Assembly (NCBI GenBank): GCA_016182495.1
Contig: JACPGK010000022.1
Location: forward strand, 11,092-75,091
Length of the DNA stretch: 64,000 bases
Reading direction: 5' to 3'
Source: Candidatus Kerfeldbacteria bacterium
GTDB taxonomy: Bacteria; Patescibacteriota; Patescibacteriia; UBA9570
In this document: positions 50,749 to 60,740 of the stretch, piece after piece
Layout of the letters: the number at the start of each line of letters is the position of its first letter
How positions within the stretch are numbered: position 1 is the first letter of the stretch
Program-made: the position numbers and the translations under genes
The notes under the pieces: model-generated
Told to the model about the DNA's origin: nothing
What the model saw: the letters and a program-made list of their open reading frames with translations, nothing else
The model's database searches: none

Positions 50749-52425
50749 ATGACCAAGCAATGCGTCCTCTGTAGTAAAACCTTCGTCATCGAACCAGATG
50801 ATCAGGTGTTTTACGATAAAATTCAAGTACCAGCGCCAAAACTGTGCCCAGATTGTCGATTACAGCGTAGATTAGCGTGGCGGAACGAGCGCAGTTTATA
50901 TCTCCGGCAGTGCGATTTGTGTCATAAAAACATCTTGGCATTATATCCAACCAATTCTCCTTACACCGTATATTGTCACGATTGTTATTGGGGAGATCAT
51001 TGGTCGAGCTTCGATTATGGTCGAGCGATTGATTGGTCACGGCCGTTTTTTGATCAATTTGTTGAGCTCTATAGCAGTGCACCGCATGCGGCTGCTTACA
51101 ATGATAATCCAGAAAATAGTGATTACGTTAATTATTGTTATCAAGCGAAAAATGATTATTTAGTGTTTGGTTCAAATTTTACGGAGAATTGTTACTATTG
51201 TTATCATTTAGATAGTTGTAATCAGTGTGTTGATTGTTTAAACTCGGACCACTTGGAATTATGTAGCAGTTGTGTGGATTGTTCACACTGTTATAACACG
51301 CATTATGCACAGGAATGTCATAATATGCGTGATAGTTATTTCTGTTTTGATTGCCGTACTAGTGCTGATTGTTTTGGCTCAACTGGCTTGCGGAATAAAC
51401 AATATGTCTTGTTTAATAAACAACTGGATGCGACTACCTATCATAAACAATTAGAATACTATTTAGCAAAAAATTCGTCAGAACAATTAGCTGATCTGGC
51501 GAGGCAGTTACGCTATAAAGTACCACAGCGCCCGGCCATGATTACCAAATGTGAACAGTCATCCGGTGATCATTTACAAAATTGTTCTAACGCTCAATAT
51601 TGTTTTGATTCTGCTGAACTCACCAATTGTAAATATATTATTCATTGTACCCCCAAAGCGTTTGATTCAATGGATGTGTATGGTGGCGGCGTGAATATTG
51701 AACGTTGTTATGAATTTTTGACTGGCTATGGTCAGAATTTACGTTTTAGTATGCTGTGCTGGAAATCTGTATCAAACTTGGATTATTGTATGTTGACGAA
51801 TTTTGCTCATGATTGTTTTGGCTGTTTCTCTTTGAGAAACGGACAATATTTTATTTTAAATACAGCCTATAACCAGTCAGATTATCAAAAATTACGTCAG
51901 CGTTTAATTAAACATATGCAGAATACAGGTGAATATGGTGAATTTTTTCCAATTGATCGATCAATCTTTGCTTATAATGAAACTGCGGCACAATTAGATT
52001 TTCCATTATCGTCCAAAGATGTGATCGCACAGCAGTGGTCATGGACTGAAGCTGTTGCTATGATCACAGGTCAACAAACAGCCGACATTACGTCATATCC
52101 ACAACTCGCTAGGCAAACCTCAGCTGGTTTGGCTGGAGAAATTTTTCAATGTCAGCAATGTCAACGTAATTACAAAATAATTTCTCAAGAGTTGGATTTC
52201 TATAAAAAGCAAAATGTATTTTTACCGCGGCAATGCTCTAATTGTCGATTTCATAATTTATATAAACTGAGATCGGGTTATCACATTTGGCAGCGTCAGT
52301 GCATGTGCACACAGACCGGCCATGGCCATCATGGTTTGTGCATGACTAAATTTGAAACTACCTACTCCCCGAATCGTAAAGAAATAGTGTATTGTGAAAG
52401 TTGTTACCAAAAAGAGATTTATTAA
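50749..52425 (+). CDS. Cys-rich paralog 6
   Basis: Same architecture. Confidence 0.85.
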   Translation: MTKQCVLCSKTFVIEPDDQVFYDKIQVPAPKLCPDCRLQRRLAWRNERSLYLRQCDLCHKNILALYPTNSPYTVYCHDCYWGDHWSSFDYGRAIDWSRPFFDQFVELYSSAPHAAAYNDNPENSDYVNYCYQAKNDYLVFGSNFTENCYYCYHLDSCNQCVDCLNSDHLELCSSCVDCSHCYNTHYAQECHNMRDSYFCFDCRTSADCFGSTGLRNKQYVLFNKQLDATTYHKQLEYYLAKNSSEQLADLARQLRYKVPQRPAMITKCEQSSGDHLQNCSNAQYCFDSAELTNCKYIIHCTPKAFDSMDVYGGGVNIERCYEFLTGYGQNLRFSMLCWKSVSNLDYCMLTNFAHDCFGCFSLRNGQYFILNTAYNQSDYQKLRQRLIKHMQNTGEYGEFFPIDRSIFAYNETAAQLDFPLSSKDVIAQQWSWTEAVAMITGQQTADITSYPQLARQTSAGLAGEIFQCQQCQRNYKIISQELDFYKKQNVFLPRQCSNCRFHNLYKLRSGYHIWQRQCMCTQTGHGHHGLCMTKFETTYSPNRKEIVYCESCYQKEIY

Positions 52426-52426
52426 T

Positions 52427-54106
52427 ATGACCAAGCAATGTACCCAGTGCAGTAAAACCTTCCACATTGATAGCAGTGATCAAGCCTTTTATGATCGCAT
52501 CAATGTTCCAGCACCAACCTTTTGTCCAAGTTGTCGATTACAGCGACGGTTATCATTTCGAGTTGAACGTAATATTTATCAGCGCACGTGTGACTTAACC
52601 GGCAAACCAATATTATCGGTTTACAATACTACTCGGCCATATCCGGTGTACGATATCGCTGCTTGGTGGACCGATCGCTGGTCACCTTTAACATACGGGC
52701 GAGATTTTGATTTTAAGCGGCTTTTCTTTGATCAATTTTCCGAATTACAAGTGGTGGTGCCCCGTCTGGCTTTGATTCAACAGCAGCCGATGGAAAATAG
52801 TGCCTACTGTAATGCCGCCAGTCGTAATAAAAATTGCTATTTGGTATTTTCCACCAATCAATGCGAAGATTGCTACTATGGCTCGTGGGTTAACAGTTCC
52901 AAAAATTGTGTCGATAATTATAGTATACTGCGCTGTGAATTATGTTATCAGTGCATTGATTGCAAAGATTGTTACCACTGTTGGTATGCTCAAGATAGTC
53001 GCAATTGTACAGACAGTTATTTCATTAAAAGTTGCATCGGCTGCCGCAATATCGCATTTTGTACAAATTTAGTCAACGCTGAATATTGTTTGTTCAACCA
53101 AGCGGTGACTAAACAGGTATTTGAAGAATTTGTGCAGCAATTGCGTGCCGCTACCTCTGAACAGTGGAATATATATCAACAACAGTATATGGACTTGCGT
53201 AAGAAAATGTTCATGCGTTACTACCAAGGAGTGAATAATGAAGCCAGCACCGGTCACCACATTAATAATTGTAAAAATTGTCGCGATTGTTTTTTAGTTG
53301 ATGCTTCTGAAAATATTCGCTATGGTGTCCATTTAGAATTTGTCAAAGATGCCATGGACTATAGTTACTGGGGCCAACAAGCTGAACAATTGTATGAAGT
53401 ACAAGCTTCTGGCTATAACATTACCAATCTAAAATTTTGCAATTTATGTTGGTCGGGCTGTGAAAATTTGGAATACTGCGATCATTCATTTTCATCCAAA
53501 AACTGTTTTGGCTGTGTGGGCTTAAAGAAAAATGAATATTGCATTTTAAACAAACAATATACAGCCACAGAATACGAACGATTGGTAGATAAAATAAAGC
53601 AGTACATGCGTACCACTAAGGAATATGGTGAATTTTTTCCGATGCAGTTAAGCCCGTTTGATTATAATGAAACCTTAGCCCAAGAGTTTTTTCCACTCAC
53701 AGAAACAGATGTACAGCAACGTGGCTGGCGCTGGAAAAATAAAGATCAAACTGATTATCAAGCGCAAACATATCAGCTACCAGATCGAATTGAACAGGTC
53801 AATGATGATATTTTGCAAGCAACGCTAGCTTGCCGACAATGTACTAAGAATTATCGCATTGTGGCGCAGGAACTGGTTTTTTATCGGCAGGAAAAATTGC
53901 TCATTCCAAGGTTGTGTCCGAATTGCCGACACTTGGATCGGCTAGCTCAACGACCAAAGTACGATACTTGGACACGGCAATGTATGTGTACGCAACCAGA
54001 GCATAATCATAATAATCGTTGTGTTAAAGAATTTGTGACACCATATTCACCGAATCAACCAGAGTTAATTTATTGCGAGGATTGCTATAAAAAGCAGGTA
54101 TATTAA
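52427..54106 (+). CDS. Cys-rich paralog 7
   Basis: MTKQCTQC start at 52427; same architecture. Confidence 0.85.
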   Translation: MTKQCTQCSKTFHIDSSDQAFYDRINVPAPTFCPSCRLQRRLSFRVERNIYQRTCDLTGKPILSVYNTTRPYPVYDIAAWWTDRWSPLTYGRDFDFKRLFFDQFSELQVVVPRLALIQQQPMENSAYCNAASRNKNCYLVFSTNQCEDCYYGSWVNSSKNCVDNYSILRCELCYQCIDCKDCYHCWYAQDSRNCTDSYFIKSCIGCRNIAFCTNLVNAEYCLFNQAVTKQVFEEFVQQLRAATSEQWNIYQQQYMDLRKKMFMRYYQGVNNEASTGHHINNCKNCRDCFLVDASENIRYGVHLEFVKDAMDYSYWGQQAEQLYEVQASGYNITNLKFCNLCWSGCENLEYCDHSFSSKNCFGCVGLKKNEYCILNKQYTATEYERLVDKIKQYMRTTKEYGEFFPMQLSPFDYNETLAQEFFPLTETDVQQRGWRWKNKDQTDYQAQTYQLPDRIEQVNDDILQATLACRQCTKNYRIVAQELVFYRQEKLLIPRLCPNCRHLDRLAQRPKYDTWTRQCMCTQPEHNHNNRCVKEFVTPYSPNQPELIYCEDCYKKQVY

Positions 54107-54128
54107 TTTATAGTGAGTTTGTCGAACT

Positions 54129-55714
54129 ATGATTAAACAGTGTGTGCAAAGATTATCGTACCCCAACCAACTTTATGTCCGGATTGTCGGCAACAGCGCC
54201 GCTTAGCTTGGCGCAATGAGCGCAATTTATATCGCGATCAATGCGATTTATGTCACCAGGATATTATCTCGCTCTACCAGGCTGATTCACCCTATATAGT
54301 ATATTGTCAGGATTGTTGGTGGAGTGATCGTTGGGATCCCATCAGTTATGGTCGGGATTATAATCCCCAGCAGTCATTTTTTGAGCAAATGCACACGTTG
54401 CAATTACAAGTGCCTCGGTTAGCGCTGTTCAATTTGCATAGTACCAATAGCGAGTACACTAATCATGCTAGTCACAATAAAAATTGTTACATGGGAGTTG
54501 CGCTGGGCCAATGTGAGGATTGTTTATATGGTTTTTGGGTACTGCAATCGAAAAATTGTGTTGATAATTTATATTGTGAACAATGCGAATTGTGTTATGA
54601 ATGTTCTTATTGTCAAAACTGTTATCAAACCTATTGGTCACAGTATGGTCAAAATTTGCGCGATTGTTTGTTCTGCTTTGAATGCCGTGACAGCAGTAAT
54701 TGTATCGGCTGTGCCCAGTTACAACACAAACAATATTATATTTTGAACAAACCAGTCACGCCAGAAAAATTTGAGCAGGTTAAACAATTATTATTGTGTG
54801 ACCTAAGTGAGCGTCAAAAAATGATTACAGCCTGGGAAGAATTAAAACTGAAGGCACCACGTCGATTTAATCTTCAACAACAATGCGAGTCTAGTACGGG
54901 AGATGATTTATATAATTGTCATAACGCTGTACATTGTTTCAATTGTCACAATTTGGAAAATTGTAAATATATGTATGACCTGGGCAACAATAAAGATGGC
55001 ATGGATTGCTATGAGCATGGTTGGATGGTGCCGAGTGAGCTATGCTATGAAACACATGCCGGTATGGCTGGTTTCAATTTTAAATTTTGTAATATTTGCG
55101 TTGAGAGTCGTGATTTAACCTATTGCGATTTGTGTCAGCAGAATTGCGCCAATTTATTTGGTTGTGTGGCCTTACGTAAAGCCAGTTATTGTATTTTGAA
55201 TCGCCAATACAATGCTACTGATTATCAGGTATTGGTTAAAAAAATGATTAGCGACATGATTAAAACAGGGGAATATGGTGAATTTTTTCCGATGCAGTTA
55301 TCGCCCTTTGCATATAATGAATCCACTGCTCAAGAATATTTTCCGTTGCAGCGCGATCAAGTATTGGCTTCTGGTTGCCAGTGGTATGAAGATAATAGTC
55401 AATTATCCGCCGTCAATGCCCAGCCAGATGTACAGCTGTGCCAACAATGCCACAGATCATTTCGTTTAGTGGCTGCAGAACTGAAATTTTATCAAGAAAC
55501 AGGGATTCCACAACCAGCCTATTGTGCTGATTGCCGTCATCAGCGCCGTATGCAATTACGCAATCCACGCCAATTGTGGCAGCGGCAATGTATGTGCACC
55601 CAGACAGATCATAAACACTCTGGCCGTTGTACGACAGAATTTGAAACGACTTATTCGCCCGACCGAAAAGAATTAGTATATTGCCAAAAATGTTATAATA
55701 AAGCAGTGTATTAA
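54129..55714 (+). pseudogene. Cys-rich paralog 8 with 5' deletion/frameshift (or truncated GTG start at 54140)
   Basis: ATG 54129 gives MIKQCVQ in a different frame from KIIVPQPTLCPDC; about 16 codons missing relative to paralogs. Confidence 0.7.
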
Positions 55715-55870
55715 TTCTGTTCACCAACGTTCTAAGAAATCTAAAAAATAATTCTAATATAAATACTTCCAAGTAGTGGATAAATTATTGCGGTTGAAAA
55801 AAATTGAACGAATCGGGTTAGGAAGAACTACCATACAATAACGGACTGATCTTCAGCGCCTAAGTGAAAT

Positions 55871-56719
55871 CTATGATAGTGGACTTTTTATGTTTTTAAG
55901 CTTTGGATTTGTAACATGGGTATACTGTTGGGTGGTTCTAATATTCTGATGGCCAAGCAACTCTTGAACATAACGAATATCAACACCGTTTTCTAATAAG
56001 TGAGTAGCAAAGCTATGTCTTAAGCTATGAAAGGTGGCATTTTTTTGGATCCCAGATTTTTTTAAAGAATTTTCAAAAATTTTTTGAGCACTTCTCGTTG
56101 TTAAGTTTCCGCCCCGCTCACTTGCAAAGATAAAATCATCATGATTTTTTCCGCTGCACAAATTTTTAAGATCAGCTACCAATTTTTCTGGCAATATACT
56201 CATTCTATCTTTTTGCCCCTTAGCTTGTTTGATATGAATGGTTAGTTCAGCAAGATCAATATCTTTTACCTTTAGTGCAACCACTTCACTCACTCTAAGT
56301 CCTGCGCCATAAGAAAGTGACAATAAAATTTTGTGTTTTGTATTTTTGGTTGTCTCTAAAATTTTTTCAATTTCTATTCTTGATAATACTATAGGCAAAC
56401 TTTTTGGTTTTTTAGCAGATTGGATATCAATTTTTTGGTTATTTTTCACTACATCTCGATAATAAAACTTAATTGCATTTAGAAATAAATTTCTGCTTTG
56501 CGCAGAGGTATTCTTTTGTTTGCACTCTAATAAAAAGTCTTTGATATTATCTGGCTGTACTATTTCAAAGTTTTGTTTTTTAAAGCAAAAGTATTTTTGT
56601 AAGCCATAAAGGTACATTTTTACAGTTTTTGGACTATAATTTCTGATGTTCAGTTCTCGTTCAGTTCTCGTTCAGTTCTCGTTCAGTTCTCGTTCAGTTC
56701 GATTTAGTTGTTTTTGCAT
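55871..56719 (-). CDS. tyrosine recombinase (integron-like), N-terminus interrupted by tandem repeat with an in-frame TGA
   Basis: RNYSPKT, LPIVLS, YGAGLRVSE, KGQKDR, HSLRHSFATHLLE, LLGH, TTQQYTH; ATG 56719 in frame with ORF 55871-56617. Confidence 0.9.
56648..56700. repeat. 11-bp tandem repeat (GTTCAGTTCTC) x4.8
   Basis: Four full copies plus 9 bp, read directly. Confidence 0.97.
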
Positions 56720-56814
56720 AATTGTTTGAAATGTTGTATAATAAAAAAGTTTTATTACGAAACAAATAATACCATCTATTCATATAATATACAATAAAAT
56801 AATTATTTTTAAAT

Positions 56815-56841
56815 TTTTATTCGTATAATAACTAGTTGTGC
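56815..56841 (+). other. putative attI-like site
   Basis: TTTTATTCGTATAATAACTA-GTTGTGC upstream of the divergent recombinase; first cassette starts at G|TT 56835. Confidence 0.55.
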
Positions 56842-56859
56842 AAAATCGCTCCGCTCTTT

Positions 56860-56989
56860 GCACAACGCCTCGCGGTTCCCGCTGTTGCACTCGTCGCTCC
56901 GCGACATCGCACAACAGCGGCTAGACTCCATGTCGATCTGAACACTGCGTGTTCATCTTGCCACGGCGCCTAGCCGCGAGGCGTTAGGC
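56860..56989 (+). repeat. attC-like site 1 (gene-less cassette)
   Basis: GCACAAC GCCTCGCGG ... CCGCGAGGC GTTAGGC. Confidence 0.85.
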
Positions 56990-57125
56990 GACATATTTTT
57001 GAAAATTTGTTTTTAAAAGAGGGTGATTATAAAGTGTTTTCTTCACTTCGTTACGAAAACTATTTAAATATTAGCGGAAATTTTTATATAATGATTACAA
57101 CTTTTAATTTATAAAGAGAAAAAAT

Positions 57126-57578
57126 ATGAAAGAGAAATTTTATGAAAAATATGCTTGGGTAATTTTTCTTGTTATCGGTCTTATGGTTTTAGTAGGGGGA
57201 ATGCCCCATATGTTAGGGGTTAATACAGACCCAGCTTTAGTTGAAACCATTAGCGGACAAACAATAGATGAACTTAAATCATCAAGTCCGATGTTCTTTG
57301 ACTTATATAATTTTTATTTTAGTGGGGGAGGTTTGTCTGATGTGGGGGTTGCTTTTTTCCTGTTAGTCATTTCCATATTTGCCTATAGAACAGGTCAAAA
57401 ATGGGCTTGGTATGCTTTTTGGTTTGTCCCGGTTTACTTTTTATTTTGGATAGCCCTCAGTTCAGCCCTGCCATCCGCATCACAATCGTTGCTACTTTCG
57501 CCATTAATAGTGATTATAGTTTTAAGTCTCGCGGGATTACTCTTGCCTTTTAGAAAGTTTTTTCCAAAAAAACAATAG
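57126..57578 (+). CDS. cassette-borne 4-TM membrane protein
   Basis: Four hydrophobic segments, KWAWY. Confidence 0.75.
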   Translation: MKEKFYEKYAWVIFLVIGLMVLVGGMPHMLGVNTDPALVETISGQTIDELKSSSPMFFDLYNFYFSGGGLSDVGVAFFLLVISIFAYRTGQKWAWYAFWFVPVYFLFWIALSSALPSASQSLLLSPLIVIIVLSLAGLLLPFRKFFPKKQ

Positions 57579-57807
57579 ATTCGATCCAATCGCAGGAGAG
57601 ATTATCTAATATTAACCTCAAATTATGCGTTACTAAAAAAAATCAAATTACCAAAAAATTTTATAACAAATAATTTATAATTAAAAGAGATACTACCATG
57701 AAAAACATAAATAAAAAACCCACAAAAAACGAAAATAATATGGATAAATTTTTCAAAAATACGCAAGGCACGTTGCACTCTCACTCCGCTATCGCTCCGT
57801 TCGGCTC

Positions 57808-57905
57808 GCCTAACACAGTATATGCGATTCGCTCGTTGCACTTCGCTCTCCCATATTTTTCTCCGTTTCACTCCGCAAAACATCGCATATACTGAAACGT
57901 TGTGT
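57808..57905 (+). repeat. attC-like site 2
   Basis: GCCTAAC A CAGTATATGCGAT ... ATCGCATATACTG AAAC GTTGTGT. Confidence 0.85.
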
Positions 57906-57923
57906 AAAATCGCTCCGCTCTTT

Positions 57924-58053
57924 GCACAACGCCTCGCGGTTCCCGCTGTTGCACTCGTCGCTGCGCGACATCGCACAACAGCGGCTAGACTCCATGTCGA
58001 TCTGAACACTGCGTGTTCATCTCGCCACGGCGCCTAGCCGCGAGGCGTTATAT
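57924..58053 (+). repeat. attC-like site 3 (second copy of the gene-less cassette)
   Basis: Near-identical to site 1; ends GTTATAT. Confidence 0.85.
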
Positions 58054-58069
58054 GCCATTAGCAAAAAAA

Positions 58070-58573
58070 ATGAAGCATCCGGTACCAAATCAACATCTAA
58101 TCCATATCGGTGACGTCGTCGTCTCTTTTGCACTATTAGAACTAGCGATCCAAAGTCTAATAGGATCATTAATATTCGAACATCAAAGGGTAGGCCAAAT
58201 TATCACAGCGGAACTTTCATTTAAAAATCTACGCGCACTTGCAATTAGTCTTTACCTTGATAGGCATGGTGAAGATAGCGACTATTCAAAATTGAAACCA
58301 TTGATGAACGAGGCTGGCAAAATTGAGGAGACACGAAACAATATAATTCACTCCATTTGGGCCGCAGGCAAGGATAAAGACCATATCACCAGAATCAAAA
58401 CAACCGCAAAAGAGAAAAAAGGGTTAGCATTTTGCTTTGAAGAATTATCAGTAAGCGACTTAGAAAGTTTCGCTGGGAAAATACAGCAATGTGCTGGAAG
58501 TGTTCAAAGTTTCAATTTTGAATTAATTAAGACCAAGAAGGCTATTAATAATCCTATTCTGAAGTTGTGGTAG
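58070..58573 (+). CDS. cassette hypothetical protein (HEPN-like RxxxxH motif)
   Basis: ETRNNIIHSIW matches R-x4-H; IG..VV.F..LE N-terminus. Confidence 0.65.
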   Translation: MKHPVPNQHLIHIGDVVVSFALLELAIQSLIGSLIFEHQRVGQIITAELSFKNLRALAISLYLDRHGEDSDYSKLKPLMNEAGKIEETRNNIIHSIWAAGKDKDHITRIKTTAKEKKGLAFCFEELSVSDLESFAGKIQQCAGSVQSFNFELIKTKKAINNPILKLW

Positions 58574-58697
58574 TTTTTTTGCTAACAGCATATAACAGCG
58601 TGTATACAGCTTGTTCACTTCCTGCGTGCGTTCACTCGCCCAAATTTGACTTATTTTTTATTTAGTGATAAATTAGAAGCATAAAATTACTAAACAT

Positions 58698-58919
58698 ATG
58701 CGCAAAATAGACCTCAAATCAGTGGTATGGAAAGAGGGTGATTATTACGTCTCCCAATCTTTAGATGTTGATGTTTCCAGTTTTGGCAAAACAAAAAAAG
58801 AGGCCCTGACAATGCTGCAAGATGCTTTGGCGTTATACTTTGAAGATGTTCCACTACCAATAAAGACAGAGCGTGTGAAAGAACCGTCTATTGCTTCGGT
58901 TACTCTGCAGCATGCCTAA
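58698..58919 (+). CDS. hicB: HicB-family antitoxin
   Basis: VWKEGDYYV, SSFGKTKKEAL..LQDALALYFE. Confidence 0.85.
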   Translation: MRKIDLKSVVWKEGDYYVSQSLDVDVSSFGKTKKEALTMLQDALALYFEDVPLPIKTERVKEPSIASVTLQHA

Positions 58920-59127
58920 ACCATATCCACTTCGACTTGTCATTAAAGTCCTTGAAAACAAGGGCTTCTTTTTTGTTTCTCAAACTGGCTCACACGCCAA
59001 ATATCGCAAAGCAGGGATTCAAACACTGACCGCCATTGTGCCAATTCATGGTAAAGAAATCCGTTATGGTACTTTTCGGTCTATTTTGCGACAAACAAAA
59101 TTAAAAGAGGAGGATTTTCAAGATTAA
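58912..59127 (+). CDS. hicA: HicA-family toxin
   Basis: QTGSHAKY, VPIHG, GTFRSILRQ. Confidence 0.88.
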   Translation: MPKPYPLRLVIKVLENKGFFFVSQTGSHAKYRKAGIQTLTAIVPIHGKEIRYGTFRSILRQTKLKEEDFQD

Positions 59128-59152
59128 AAAAATAAGTCAAACTTTGCATACA

Positions 59153-59214
59153 CCATGTCGATCTGAACACTGCGTGTTCATCTTGCCACGGCGCCTAGCC
59201 GCGAGGCGTTAGGC
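59153..59214 (+). repeat. 3' half of the site-1-type attC (hybrid site 4, left arm at 58590)
   Basis: Matches 56928-56989; left arm ATATAAC 58590-58596. Confidence 0.8.
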
Positions 59215-59281
59215 GAAATAATTCTTGAAAATTCCCTATTGAAATGAAATTTTTATTTCCCTTTCCAAAAATTAAGTCCTT

Positions 59282-60196
59282 ATGATGAAAATAGAAAAAG
59301 AAATTGCCGAACGTATCTACAATTACGAAAATCCAAAAAAAATTGCTCTTTCCAGAAAATATCCATTTCTAAAAAAGCCAATTATTTTTTTGCGTCATTT
59401 ATTTCGAGATATACAAAATTTTTTTGATTTTAGGATTAAATATGAAAGAAAAAATGATTTTTTCGACTGTATTATAGCAAGGCATCAATCAGTATTAAGA
59501 CGCAAGCTCGGAGATAGTAATCCAAAGCTACAAGAACAAAAGATTGTTAATCTTAAACAAGCTATTCAACGATTAAATGGCATAGTTATACAACCAAATC
59601 ATGTCTTTTCGCTTTGGAATATTATCGGTAAGCCAAAATATGAAAACGGATATGTTGATGGAATGCTACTGTCAAACGGCAAAGTTGTAGAGGGAATCGG
59701 TGGCGGACTTTGCCAATTATCCAATTTTCTTTACTGGATTTTTCTACATGCCCCAATTGAGACGACTGAGAGGTATCATCACTCTATGGATGTTTTTCCG
59801 GATTCTGGCAGAACTTTGCCGTTTGGCGGAGGAGCAACAATTTTATACAATTTCATTGATCTAAAAGTAAAAAACATATCAATATATCCGTTTCAGTTAA
59901 AAATATGGCTTACCGATAATCATTTGAAGGGTCAAATACTATCTCCTCGCCCCATAGCACAAAAATTTCATATTTTTGAAAAAAATCATTTTTTCGTTAA
60001 AAGAGGTAAAAAATATTTTCGATATAATGAAATTTACAAAGAAACTAAAATTGGTGGGAAAGTAGAAAAAATCGAAAAAATTACCACAAATTTTGCACCA
60101 GCGCTTTACAAGGTGACAGATGAATATCTGCAAAAAAATAATTTTAGGATTTTGGATTTTACGAACAGGGAAATAAAAATTTTAAATAAGGAATGA
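59282..60196 (+). CDS. VanW-like protein
   Basis: FSLW..IG, GIGGGLCQLSN, ERYHHS, DLKVKN. Confidence 0.85.
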   Translation: MMKIEKEIAERIYNYENPKKIALSRKYPFLKKPIIFLRHLFRDIQNFFDFRIKYERKNDFFDCIIARHQSVLRRKLGDSNPKLQEQKIVNLKQAIQRLNGIVIQPNHVFSLWNIIGKPKYENGYVDGMLLSNGKVVEGIGGGLCQLSNFLYWIFLHAPIETTERYHHSMDVFPDSGRTLPFGGGATILYNFIDLKVKNISIYPFQLKIWLTDNHLKGQILSPRPIAQKFHIFEKNHFFVKRGKKYFRYNEIYKETKIGGKVEKIEKITTNFAPALYKVTDEYLQKNNFRILDFTNREIKILNKE

Positions 60197-60207
60197 ATTT
60201 TCAAGAA

Positions 60208-60242
60208 TTACAACGCCTCGCGGTTCCCGCGAGGCGTTAGCT
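60208..60242 (+). repeat. minimal 35-bp attC-like hairpin (site 5)
   Basis: TTACAAC GCCTCGCGG TTC CCGCGAGGC GTTAGCT. Confidence 0.8.
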
Positions 60243-60259
60243 GAAATTCATTTCAAAAT

Positions 60260-60730
60260 ATGAACATAAATAAACATCTCAAAAATCTATCTCCTTATGG
60301 CATGGGCAAGAAAGATTTTGAAATAGAAAAAAATGAACTTGAAAAAAAATTTGGCCAACAGCCAACTGATCAAGATGTGTTGTATTCACTTTTTAATAAA
60401 CTAGTTGTTCAAACAAGTGATTTTCAAGATTTAAAATCTATTTATTATTCAATGGCACTTTTTTTAAATGAAGAAGGACATGACAGTCTAAATGCTAATA
60501 GATCAAGCGCAAAAATGGGACTAGCAGCGTTAAAAAATTTTGGAGTAAAAAAAGTAGAAATTCTTGTTAATTCAGGTTGTGAAGAATGTCAGAAATTAGC
60601 AGGCCAAATTTTTGACATAGATAAAGCAATGACTGATTTGCCCATACCAAACCAGGCGTGCAAATACGATTTGAATAATAATGATAAGCCACTTTGCCGA
60701 TGTGAATATTTACCTGTTATTGATGATTGA
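60260..60730 (+). CDS. cassette hypothetical protein with C-terminal Cys motif
   Basis: GCEEC...LPIP..C...CRCEY. Confidence 0.7.
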   Translation: MNINKHLKNLSPYGMGKKDFEIEKNELEKKFGQQPTDQDVLYSLFNKLVVQTSDFQDLKSIYYSMALFLNEEGHDSLNANRSSAKMGLAALKNFGVKKVEILVNSGCEECQKLAGQIFDIDKAMTDLPIPNQACKYDLNNNDKPLCRCEYLPVIDD

Positions 60731-60740
60731 AATGAACTTC

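Noticed and set aside
41059-55714. Diversity-generating retroelement acting on the Cys-rich genes
   Set aside because: No reverse transcriptase and no template/variable repeat pair with adenine-specific mismatches seen
56672-56674. TGA read as Gly/Trp (alternative genetic code) rescuing the recombinase
   Set aside because: TGA terminates several clear genes here (murG, Fic1, vanW-like, abiE) and long genes have no internal TGA
57623-58037. ORFs overlapping att sites 2-3
   Set aside because: By-products of GC-rich palindromic sequence
59282-60196. Vancomycin resistance locus
   Set aside because: A lone VanW-like gene without vanHAX/vanRS does not imply resistance
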